From the NCBI GenBank assembly GCA_900769665.1, contig CAAGHL010000058.1, forward strand, positions 6,651 to 70,650: a stretch of DNA of 64,000 nucleotides, read 5' to 3'. Under the pieces are notes generated by a model, which was not told the origin of the DNA, made no database searches, and was given only the letters and a program-made list of their open reading frames with translations. Each line of letters opens with the position of its first letter. The first letter of the stretch is position 1. The position numbers and the translations under genes are program-made. Positions 29,001 through 36,600 of this stretch are shown here, piece by piece. Source of the DNA: Clostridia bacterium. Lineage in GTDB: Bacteria; Bacillota; Clostridia; Christensenellales; CAG-314.

Positions 29001-29488
29001 CCCAAGCAAAAGCCATAAACGGCGACAAGTACACCGATTACAGCTTTGACATGCTTCAACAAGCAATTGTCGCAGCGGAAACGATTGCCGCAAAACAAGG
29101 CGCAACGCAAGCTGAAATCGACAACGCAGTAGAGGAATTGCAGGCGGCAATAAACAGTCTCGTAAGCAGGGAAACGGCGGCACGTGCTGCTTTCACTAAG
29201 GCTGTAAACGACATTGCCCAGGCCAAGAGCAAGGCGGAAATGTTTGACAAGATCAACGTCGCAATCAACGCATACAAGCAAGTGACAGACAAAGCGGCAG
29301 TGGCGGAAGATTACGCCAAGTTGCAAGCGGCAGTCGGTCTTTACAACGAGTATGTAACAACCGTCAACACCGAAGTGACGACGGCAAACGACGTGGCAAC
29401 AAAAGTATTCGTAACGGCAGGCGGCGTGACCGCTGTGTTGGCTTGCGTGTACGTAGCAATCAAAAAACTGTTGGGAGGTGCGCTGTAA
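23045..29488 (+). CDS. 2147-aa multidomain surface protein: signal peptide, alpha/beta-hydrolase-like domain, 4 CBM-like modules, ARH-fold domain, PKD, SGNH/DUF4886-like esterase, PKD, 5th CBM-like module, Ig-like domain, FIVAR, C-terminal TM anchor
   Basis: AGGAGA lies 6 nt before ATG 23045. Signal MKKITSIILVCALLMAVIAVP...AYA. Motifs are listed in the domain features below. FIVAR-like YTDYSFDMLQQAIVAAETIAAKQGATQAEIDNAVEELQAAINSL. Terminal TM VTAGGVTAVLACVYVAIKK. Confidence 0.9.
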   Translation: MKKITSIILVCALLMAVIAVPTALLFDDWTNVAYAAINVKSTLSAETFTSEDGTKLPYRFYKPDDYSETNSYKLLLLLHGKDERGMDNEAQVTRRDAMPFVQKILADKQLKKQYFIVVPQCSTTDVWANVAADGSYVYNADEQTAAQKAVFELLMDIVKKYSVDMARLYVTGYDNGAYGVYDMLARYPGLFAAALPMSGGADVNQYKAAEETALWAFHSADDVSGGYGQNLAMVRKLESIGAGVLYTEFKTVGHNAWKQGYTNENAFEWMDAQCRRNVYYQRRLITPDNTTNGKNYTFLRNVAKFGAHKSNVMAPTGGGDKDLFKAMTDGLITASYDTYTGDYTDHDDYFGYEFASNYTFKKVVFTSGAVANGGGLFGGGAKVQALVNGQWTDVVLTGENPYPVLGNGEAIDVETYKGFTAYTFEFEPIQANGIRIVGKAGGNERWTSVSEMEVYAESTVLDGNMAAIGAPNVDEVWQWSTDYSKGRDITLIINGVLNDSFDNYGWNFQHDTGIYYTYNDLHYFNKLVYTEGQHWDEGGGWFAEGVTIKVRKNGVWTAVELEESSSDYPVVAQEEKAPFDGFVTYTFNFNATEGDAVGIFGKAGGNQHFVSCAELAVYSADVSPYEEPTVSVKPFEYWQMATNVTYKGTAIVSETNPQGIGSRDYATVMNNGFYNAAGDSYDTYNGDFSRHDAWFGYTFAEEQIFNSLIYQVGTCFDGGGMFAGGARIQVRVNGVWTDVPLTTSNPYPVLAEGAKIDINQHPGYEIYQFFFAPTKGDGVRVIGSAGGDQHWSSVAELVVFAVENVTDGNVSGTALPMASTAPNGSSCNPDLGVIVDGETSGGNKNQYDTYQPNKTACQEWYALSFGQTHTFTQLRFTEGMHFATQGGWFSGGVKVQACVDGVWKDVELTTANPYPVIEGTADIAESLYSAFTTYVFDFKPITATAVRIVGNAGGLSYFTSCAELSVTCTDVDNYEGKLSNYKFVYDKSVTYTDEKIRDLIEAGWLGQMYGVVWGAPIEFSYKGRMVPDEEIPDRLSLNLNDAFAQDDLYVELPFINALNTEGIDVSVETLGDYFRDTAFPLWHGNDVARTNLNAGIPAPLSGSYLYNSCCDDIDWQIEADFVGMMNPGAVNRAVDLGFRYGHVIGYGDGAYGGSHVSAMHAKAYVAKNVTSVVVTGIQSVPKGTKYRAILDDVYDMYVNDVSFVDAWQRIEDKWVGDDRCPREGFGPTAAFNIDAKLAGGYIVMGMLYGLGDLEESMRLAIKCGQDNDCTPSTIGSILGNYYGTSVFRKSLVNKIDYNNKFLYTDDTLHTAIDKVFELAKLQIVQAGGKVENGVWTLPEEQEIVTPEVEQWPDMPSMDVSLGQADKNVTGKVVSYHKDGIESVTWDFGDGTIMSTKDSVQGNKRVTAGEQTKEIKPIDKNKTYNILFIGNSYTYYNHMTGMFKRIAESMGYSVDIDQIVHGGHRLGEYADPNDNANTGDYDGSGKDVYAALTGNKKYDYVFIQEYDAGAMTSTSNFDVAATTLVQLIRQHGATPVLYETCGKHPDDYWVSKLGTTNFKMTWDIARANQQVADKLNVAVSYAGRATYLVFQDNKVNNIDLYHTDLNHPSFAGSYLIALTHFATVFGCDPTEVKYVPTPSDDIITSYDKTCSTVGQNITSEVASTLKQAAKDAVFFTPQIPSSYEGIESGTELGGTYVNVNHTYKLLGNYTVTLTIVGKNGTVATRKFDVNVTLSNNLASVGTPIVSVEKPEGVGSKDIGVICDGVYGNGNSTQYDTYKGVKTNDYDYFGYLFAAPQVVNTVEYTAGTYFANGGGWFANGDVKIQALLNGTWTDVALTNDPGYPVGDDHTMGKQYATYTFKFADTTCDGIRIYGRAGGPQKFASCSELKVFGVVTPSFAADNVDVKVNDGAKLTFDSKNLYVTEVKLNDAVIDIADYTLTANTLTFDSAFLDKHIGLNTVTLVLENGQTIQTTLNVATDGTKLANKITQAKAINGDKYTDYSFDMLQQAIVAAETIAAKQGATQAEIDNAVEELQAAINSLVSRETAARAAFTKAVNDIAQAKSKAEMFDKINVAINAYKQVTDKAAVAEDYAKLQAAVGLYNEYVTTVNTEVTTANDVATKVFVTAGGVTAVLACVYVAIKKLLGGAL
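23177..23885 (+). other. Alpha/beta-hydrolase (esterase/PHB-depolymerase-like) domain with an altered nucleophile elbow
   Basis: LPYRFYKPDDY...LLLLLHGKDERGMDN; elbow YVTGYDNGAYG where G-x-S-x-G is expected; downstream FHSADD and GHNAW. Confidence 0.6.
23935..25955 (+). repeat. Four tandem ~160-aa galactose-binding/discoidin-like (putative CBM) modules
   Basis: Recurrent pattern YDTYxGD...D(A/Y/W)(F/Y)GYxF...GGG(W/L/M)FxGG(A/V)K(V/I)Q...G(V/Q)WTDV...NPYPV...TYxFxF...G(I/V)R(I/V)(V/I)GxAGG...(S/C)(V/A)(S/A)E(M/L). Approximate boundaries 23935-24412, 24425-24903, 24955-25450 and 25465-25955. Confidence 0.75.
26040..27020 (+). other. ADP-ribosylglycohydrolase (ARH/DraG-fold) domain inside the surface protein
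   Basis: EAGWLGQMYGVVWGAPIEF, AQDDLYVELPF and AIKCGQDNDCTPSTIGSILGNYYG. The central block WQIEADFVGMMNPG parallels GAQIRADYYGYICPG in the regulator at 20267-21853. Confidence 0.75.
27300..27960 (+). other. SGNH/GDSL-type (DUF4886-like) esterase domain
   Basis: Block I YNILFIGNSYTYYN, YDYVFIQEY, and block V DLYHTDLNHPSFAGSYL. Flanked by PKD-like segments (VTWDFGDGT at ~27190; YTVTLTIVGKNG at ~28160). Confidence 0.65.
28238..28718 (+). repeat. Fifth copy of the CBM-like module
   Basis: QYDTYKGVKTNDYDYFGYLF...GGGWFANGDVKIQALLNGTWTDV...YATYTFKF...DGIRIYGRAGGPQKFASCSELKVF. Confidence 0.75.
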
Positions 29489-30123
29489 TGAACAAAAGAC
29501 TACTTGCGGCACTGCTGTGCGTGGTGCTTGCGTTGAGCGTATTTGCTCTTGTCGCTTGTGTGAAAGACCCTGACAACCCCGATAAACCTAATCCCGACAA
29601 CCCTCCGCAACCTACCAAGACGGTGTATGACACCCTTAACGAACTTGCGGCAAAACCGCACGACAACGGCAAGCTGACGGTTGTTACAACGGTTGGCGAA
29701 GACGTACTTACAAGTACTTACACGTTGACGACTAACGCCGACGGAGTAAAGGTGGAGTATGCAATACAAACTCTTGCTAATTTGTCCTTTGAAGAAACCA
29801 CAACGGAACGCATAGTGACTACAAGCGGCAGTTACGTTGTTAAAGACGGCAAAGTGGTACAACAGAACGGTCAAAACTGTGACATAGCGTTGGAAACGGT
29901 GTCTGCACAAGGTATCAAGTTTGACAAAGCTTACTTTGCCGAAGTTAAGGAGTCTGACGGCAAGTTTGCCGCAAAGGTGACGGATGTAAAAGGCTTCCTC
30001 GGCGAAGTTTCCGCAACGGATATGGCGGTGGAAGTGACCTACACCGCACAAGCAATAACTAATCTTGTAATAAACTACAAGACGACAAACGCAACGGTTA
30101 CTATGACCTACGCTTTTGCGTAA
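29488..30123 (+). CDS. Small lipoprotein of unknown function (211 aa), last gene of the ARH operon
   Basis: TAATG stop/start overlap with the giant gene. GGGAGG lies 9 nt upstream. Lipobox FALVAC followed by a Pro/Asp/Asn-rich linker, then a beta-rich body. Confidence 0.8.
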   Translation: MNKRLLAALLCVVLALSVFALVACVKDPDNPDKPNPDNPPQPTKTVYDTLNELAAKPHDNGKLTVVTTVGEDVLTSTYTLTTNADGVKVEYAIQTLANLSFEETTTERIVTTSGSYVVKDGKVVQQNGQNCDIALETVSAQGIKFDKAYFAEVKESDGKFAAKVTDVKGFLGEVSATDMAVEVTYTAQAITNLVINYKTTNATVTMTYAFA

Positions 30124-30320
30124 AACATGTTGTCACAACGGCGTGCAATGCTTGACGTAAAGCTGTTTTGCGGCGCAACAATATGCAATCTACGGTGCGA
30201 CGGACAGCCTCCCACGCTCCGCGGATAAACAATCTTCTTCTCGATTGCGGTTTGACTGCAATCCTCGACAAACGCTCGCCGAGCAAACCACATCGGCACT
30301 GCGGCGTTTGTACCGAAAAC

Positions 30321-30360
30321 GAAACACGCAAAGCGACTACTTGTTGCCTTGCGTGTTTTT
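30321..30360 (+). terminator. Intrinsic terminator candidate
   Basis: AAACACGCAAAG / CTTGCGTGTTT stem (one bulge) followed by TTTT. Confidence 0.45.
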
Positions 30361-30369
30361 GGTTTTACG

Positions 30370-30546
30370 AAAGTAAATCTTTGCCGGTTCGGCATATGGT
30401 TTGTACATGTCCGTAACGAATATTTTGACGTTTTCTCGTTCTTTTAAGTCACGAAAGTAGTCCATTAGGTCGTTTTGCTTTCTGCTTGGTAAAATATCTA
30501 ACACTTTTCCTTTTTGAGGATTACACAAAGACAAGGTAAAGTACAA
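30370..30546 (-). mobile_element. ISL3-family transposase remnant (~60-aa internal fragment)
   Basis: Minus-strand peptide LCNPQKGKVLDILPSRKQNDLMDYFRDLKERENVKIFVTDMYKPYAEPAKIYF matches the conserved central block of ISL3 transposases (..DILP.R....L..YF......V..V..DM...Y). No N- or C-terminal parts and no inverted repeats were recognised. Confidence 0.6.
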
Positions 30547-30595
30547 TATACTTTTCTTGATGGCAATATTTGCTATACTTTGAGCAATATATGTA

Positions 30596-30624
30596 TTTTT
30601 CGTTTTGATGAAAAATGGTAAAAT
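30596..30624 (+). promoter_or_regulatory. Extended -10 promoter candidate for the GH38 operon
   Basis: TGgTAAAAT at 30616-30624. The -35 is weak (TTTTTC, 17-nt spacer). Confidence 0.35.
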
Positions 30625-30678
30625 CAATGGTGAAAATGGGCAAGTGTTTTATCCTGCATTTCAATCTACGGAGACGGT

Positions 30679-33672
30679 ATGACAAATAAGTACGAACGCA
30701 TAAAAAAATTGGTTTCGGTGTTGCAAAACAATCTTTGTCGCAAGCAAATGCAAGTGACGGACATTTTGTATGCGCACACCGACTACAAAACAAACAATGA
30801 CTTGCCTGACAAGTCTGCGCTTGTGCCCTTTAACGACGGCGTTTGGGGCGGTACACCTGACGATCACTATTGGTTTCGTGCCGAGGTGGACGTAGAAAAC
30901 TTACCCGAGTGCATTGCGGAATTGCTTGTGACTACCGGCTACGACGGTTGGAACGAGTGCAATCCGCAAGTTGTGTGCTACGTTGACGGAATAATGACGC
31001 AGGCGCTTGATCGCTTTCATACGACGATGAGTATCGGCGCAGGGCATCACGTGCTGTATTTTTATGCCTACACCGGTATGCGGCTTACGCTGAAGTTGGA
31101 TTTCAAACTTACTTTGCGTTACGTAGACATAGATGCCGAACGCCTGTATTACGATTTGGTTGTGCCGACCGAAGCGTTGGATTTTATGCAGGAAAACGAG
31201 AAGCCATATTTTGACACAATCGACTATCTCAATAAAGCGTTGTGTCTGGTAGACTTTATGAACGTCGGTAAGCCTACGTTTTTTGATACTTGCAAAGTTG
31301 CCGCGAACTACTTTGAACACGAATTTTACGATACGTATTGCAAAATCGGCGACACAAAAGTGGCTTGTGTGGGACATACTCACATTGACATTGCTTGGCT
31401 TTGGACGATACGCCAAACGCGTGAAAAGGCGCAACGCAGTTTTGCCACGGTGCTGTACCTTATGGACAAGTATCCCGATTACAAATTTATGTCGTCGCAG
31501 TGCTACTTGTACAAGGCTGTCAAAGAGGAAAATCCCGAGCTGTACGAGCGTATTAAACAACGTATTGCCGAAGGTCGTTGGGAAGTGGAAGGCGCAATGT
31601 GGGTGGAAGCCGATTGTAATCTCCTTAGCGGCGAAAGTTTTGTTCGTCAAATACTGTACGGCAAGCGTTTTATGCGTGACGAATTCGGCGTTGACAGCAA
31701 AGTGTTGTGGTTGCCTGACGTATTCGGTTACAGTGCCGCATTGCCGCAAATACTCAAGTTGAGCGGCGTTGATACATTTGTTACAAGCAAAATCGGTTGG
31801 AACGATACCAACATGATCCCGTACGACTTGTTCGATTGGCAAGGTGTCGACGGAAGTAAGGTGTTTACCTATTTCCTTACAGCGCAAAACGCTCACCGCG
31901 ACGGACACATTGACCGTTACAGCACCTATAATGCCGAGGCTAATCCGTCGCAGGTTATCGGCTCGTACAATCGCATGCAACAAAAGGACATTACCGACGA
32001 AACGGTTGTTACATACGGTTACGGCGACGGAGGCGGTGGTCCGACCAGTTGGCACATCGAGTACATAAGGCGTATGGCAAAGGGTATACCTTGTGTGCCT
32101 GCAACCAAGTTTAGCACTGTTGCGGAGTTTGTGTCCGACGTCAAACAAAACGTCAAAAGGGCGGGGCGCTTGCCCAAGTGGACGGGGGAATTGTACCTCG
32201 AATTCCACCGCGGAACATATACATCCATTGCCAAAAACAAACGCAACAATCGCAAGGCTGAGTACCTTATGCAAAACTTGGAGTTATTGAGTGTGCTTGC
32301 CGACAAACTGCGCAACGTGGCGGTGCCACAATCGTGGCTTACCGAGCATTGGCAAACAATGCTGACAAATCAGTTCCACGACATTATCCCCGGTTCTTCC
32401 ATTACCGAGGTTTACGACCTTACAGACAAGGAATACGCCGAGTTGTTTGAAAGCGGCAGTAAGTTGCTGACGGAACGCATAAACGCAGTGGTACGTGACA
32501 CTAATGACTGTTTAAGTGGCGAAAACGTGACGGTATTTAACCCTAACGGTTTTGCTGTCGACGGCTATGTGCGTATTTGCGACAAGTATGTATATGTGCA
32601 AAACGTGCCGAGCAAAGGCTTCGGTGCACGGCAAATCATTGCTCCTAAAAGCGGTGTAAAGACGACGGAATACACGTTGGAAAACAAGTACTTCCGTATT
32701 AAGTTTGACCGAAAGTACAACATCGCGCAGGTTTACGACAAACGCAGTAAGCGCAACGTGTTGAAAGGCAAGGCGGAGTACGTCGCATACGAGGACTACC
32801 CGATTTGTTTCGACGCATGGGAATTACGCGATTACTATACAGAAAAGACATATCCCGTGCAGTTTGTGTCGGTTGTTGATGTGGACTTTGGTGGCAAAAA
32901 AGGCAAGCGCATTGTCAAACGTGTCGGCGACAGTACGATAACCACCGACGTGTGCTTGTACGAAATGTCCGACAGAATCGACTTCGACACAACGTTGGAT
33001 TGGCAAAACAACAACGTGCTACTCAAGGCAGTGTTCCCCGTGGACGTAAATGCGACTGCAGCGACGTGCGATATACAATTCGGCAACGTTCAACGCCCGA
33101 CGGTGTGTAATACAAGTTGGGACAAGGCGAAGTTTGAGTTTTGTGCGCACAAGTACGTCGACGTGTCGGAGGGTGACTACGGCGTTGCGTTGATGTCCGA
33201 TTGTAAGTACGGCTACTCGGCTCGCGACAACGTGCTTACCGTGTCGCTTGTTAAGTGTACGACCTACCCCAACGACTCGGTGGACAAGGGCGAGCATAAG
33301 TTTACGTATGCGCTGTGTCCGCACATCGGCGACGTGGCGCACAGCAAGGTTATGCAACAAGCAATGTTGCTAAACAATCCGCTTGTGGCTGTCGACGGAC
33401 AAACGGAAGATATATCGTTTGTGGCGGTTGACTGCGACAACATCGTCATCGATGCCGTCAAGCCTGCCGAGAACGGAAACGGCGTTGTGGTGAGGCTGTT
33501 TGAAAACAACAACTGTACAACCAATTGCACGCTGGCTTTCGGCTTGGACGTGGCAAGCGCAACTATATGCGACTTGTTGGAAAACGATTTGCAATCCGTT
33601 GCTGTGGCAAACAATAAAATTAAGCTTACACTAAAACCGTTTGAGATTGTCAGTATAAAGGTACAATTGTAA
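30679..33672 (+). CDS. GH38 alpha-mannosidase (997 aa, cytoplasmic)
   Basis: GHTHIDIAWLW metal motif, EGRWEVEGAMWVEADCNLLSGES, LWLPDVFGYSAALPQIL and LYLEFHRGTYTS. GGAGA RBS. Confidence 0.92.
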   Translation: MTNKYERIKKLVSVLQNNLCRKQMQVTDILYAHTDYKTNNDLPDKSALVPFNDGVWGGTPDDHYWFRAEVDVENLPECIAELLVTTGYDGWNECNPQVVCYVDGIMTQALDRFHTTMSIGAGHHVLYFYAYTGMRLTLKLDFKLTLRYVDIDAERLYYDLVVPTEALDFMQENEKPYFDTIDYLNKALCLVDFMNVGKPTFFDTCKVAANYFEHEFYDTYCKIGDTKVACVGHTHIDIAWLWTIRQTREKAQRSFATVLYLMDKYPDYKFMSSQCYLYKAVKEENPELYERIKQRIAEGRWEVEGAMWVEADCNLLSGESFVRQILYGKRFMRDEFGVDSKVLWLPDVFGYSAALPQILKLSGVDTFVTSKIGWNDTNMIPYDLFDWQGVDGSKVFTYFLTAQNAHRDGHIDRYSTYNAEANPSQVIGSYNRMQQKDITDETVVTYGYGDGGGGPTSWHIEYIRRMAKGIPCVPATKFSTVAEFVSDVKQNVKRAGRLPKWTGELYLEFHRGTYTSIAKNKRNNRKAEYLMQNLELLSVLADKLRNVAVPQSWLTEHWQTMLTNQFHDIIPGSSITEVYDLTDKEYAELFESGSKLLTERINAVVRDTNDCLSGENVTVFNPNGFAVDGYVRICDKYVYVQNVPSKGFGARQIIAPKSGVKTTEYTLENKYFRIKFDRKYNIAQVYDKRSKRNVLKGKAEYVAYEDYPICFDAWELRDYYTEKTYPVQFVSVVDVDFGGKKGKRIVKRVGDSTITTDVCLYEMSDRIDFDTTLDWQNNNVLLKAVFPVDVNATAATCDIQFGNVQRPTVCNTSWDKAKFEFCAHKYVDVSEGDYGVALMSDCKYGYSARDNVLTVSLVKCTTYPNDSVDKGEHKFTYALCPHIGDVAHSKVMQQAMLLNNPLVAVDGQTEDISFVAVDCDNIVIDAVKPAENGNGVVVRLFENNNCTTNCTLAFGLDVASATICDLLENDLQSVAVANNKIKLTLKPFEIVSIKVQL

Positions 33673-33673
33673 A

Positions 33674-36600
33674 ATGAACAATTTGCTCGAGCGCGCACAA
33701 AAGTTGTTGCGCGAACTTAACAACAGAACAGTAGTTGCGCAAACAGCAATTACCGACATCAAATACTTGCCGTGTGATTACAAAACGGACAACATTTTGC
33801 CCGAGTTGTCTGCTATGCAAAATTTTGGCGGAAAGTGGGGCGGTGCAAACGATACTCACGCTTGGTTTGCCTTCGACATTGACGTGCCGAGCGGCGACAA
33901 TATACGGCATGAAGTGTTTGTTGACAGCGGCGTAAATGGTTGGGACTTGTCCAATCCACAATTTTTGGTGTATGTTGACGGCAAAATCGCCCAATGTTTG
34001 GACACTAATCACCGCAGTTTTGTGGTTGGCGAGGGCAATCATACGGTATATTTGTACGCTTACGCCGGATACCAAATTTCGCCGTTGTTTGCGGCGGACT
34101 TTCCGCTGGAAATCTTCGACTACAACAATCCGCTGACACTGTCGGCAACGCTACAGGCGGTGGACATTTGCGTGAAAACGCTGGCAAACGATGTGTTTGT
34201 AATGCTAAATACTTTGTCGGCAATAAACGTTAATACCAAACAGTATGCCGACATATTGAGGTACGTCAACACTGCGCTTAACATGGTAGACTTTGTCGAT
34301 GTTAGATTAGACGACTTTGGCGAATGTTGCAAAAAAGCACATACGTATCTAAAAAACGAGTACTTTGTTAAGTATTGTAAACGCGGAAACACAAGCGTTT
34401 CCTGCATCGGGCATACGCACATCGACGTGGCGTGGCTGTGGCCCGTGCGCCAAACTCGTGAAAAGGCGCAACGTAGTTTTGCAACGGTGCTTGCGCTGAT
34501 GGATAGATACCCGAGCTACAAGTTTATGTCGTCGCAGTGCTACTTGTACCAAGCGGTCAAGGAAGAAGCTCCCGAACTGTACGAGCGCATTAAGCAACGT
34601 GTTGCCGAAGGACGTTGGGACGTGGAAGGCGCAATGTGGTTGGAAGCCGACTGTAACTTAATAAGCGGCGAAAGCCTTGTACGGCAAATATTGTACGGCA
34701 AACGATTTATGAAACGGGAGTTTGGCGTAGACAGCAAAGTGCTGTGGTTGCCTGATGTGTTCGGATACAGCGCCGCATTGCCGCAAATACTCAAACAAAG
34801 CGGCGTGGAAACGTTTGTTACAAGCAAAATCAGTTGGAATGATACTAACGTGTTGCCATATGATATGTTCCGTTGGAAAGGGCTTGACGGTAGCGAGGTG
34901 TTTACATACTTCCTTACCGCACCTGCCGATGCCAACAACCCCAAGGATATACACACCAACTACAATGCTATTGCCAATCCCGTAGACTTTTTGCGTACGT
35001 ACAACCGTATGCAACAAAAGTCGTTGACAAATGAAGTATTGATGGACTACGGCTACGGTGACGGCGGTGGCGGACCTACAGCGCAATTTATCGAGAATAT
35101 CGAGCGCATGCAGTGCGGCGCACCGAATTTCCCTTATACTAAGTTCGAGCGTGCGTCGGATTTCTTTGCACGTATACGAAAAAAAGTGTACGATAACCCC
35201 GAATTGCCGTGTTGGACGGGCGAGTTGTATTTGGAGTATCACCGTGGAACGTACACATCCGTTGCTAAAAACAAGCGCAACAATCGCCGCGCAGAATACA
35301 CATTGCAAAATCTTGAAAAATTGTTTGTGCTTGCAAATAAACTTGGCGGTGTGGAGTACCCATGCAAGTGGTTTGAAGAAATGTGGCAAATGGTGCTTAC
35401 AAACCAATTTCACGACATTATCCCCGGTTCGTCCGTTACCGAAGTGTACAACGTCACCGACCGCGAATACGCCAAACTGTTTGACGAAGCAAAAGCGCAT
35501 TACGACAGATGTATGTCGGCAATTTTGCCATACGTATCCAAAAATTGCGTACTAAACCTGTGCAGTATGCCGCTTGACGGATATGTAAACGACGGCGAAA
35601 AGTTTGTTTATGTCGAGGGCGCAAAGGGCAATGCAGTCAGTCCTGTTGCGGCAAAGCCTAGCAACGATTCTGTCAAAACTTCCGCATACATATTGGAAAA
35701 CAAGTTTTTCCGTATTAGGTTCGATCGCAACTACGACATTGAGGAAATTTTCGACAAACGTGCCAAACGTAACGTACTTAAAGCAAAGGCGCAACTGCGT
35801 TCGTACGAGGACTACCCGAACATGTACGACGCATGGGAATTGCGCAACTACTATGCGGAAAAGCAGTACGACCTCGAGTTTGTATCGGCAACGGATGTCG
35901 ACTTCGGTGGCAAAAAAGGGAAACGCATTGTCAAAAGAATTGGCGAATCCACTGTGACTACCGACATTTGTTTGTACGATTACGTCGACCGCATTGACTT
36001 CGATACAACGCTCGATTGGCAAACACCGCATTTAGTACTCAAAACGCTGTTTCCGCTTGACGTCAATGCTCACACTGCAACTTGCGACGTGCAGTTTGGT
36101 AACGTTGCTCGCCCGACAACTTGCAATAACAGTTGGGACGAAGCCAAATTCGAGTTTTGCGCGCACAAGTATGTGGATATTTCCGAAGGTAACTTCGGCG
36201 TTGCGCTACTAAACGACTGCAAGTACGGCTACTCGGCACGTGACAACGTGTTGTCATTGACATTGGTTAAGTGCAGTACAAGCCCGTCGGACTGCGTGGA
36301 CAAAGGCGTACACAAGTTTACTTACTCGTTGTATCCGCACGTCGGCGACGTACGTCACTGTGACGTGTACAAACATGCGGCAATGCTAAACAATCCGCTT
36401 GTGTTGGTTGACGGAACGGCGGAAGGCGGCAACGGCGTAAGCCTTGTTTCGTGCGACAAAGACAACGTTATTGTGGATACCGTCAAGTTTGCCGAAGACG
36501 ATGATGGCGTGATAGTGCGGTTGTTTGAAAACAACAACTGTACCACTAATTGCACTTTAACATTCGGTCTGGATGTGTTGAACGCAGTAAAGTGTGACTT

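Noticed and set aside
30101-30395. Minus-strand ORFs (76 and 95 aa) that might be further pieces of the ISL3 transposase C-terminus.
   Set aside because: I could not align them convincingly to the conserved C-terminal ISL3 motifs. They are Arg-rich and overlap a terminator-like hairpin.
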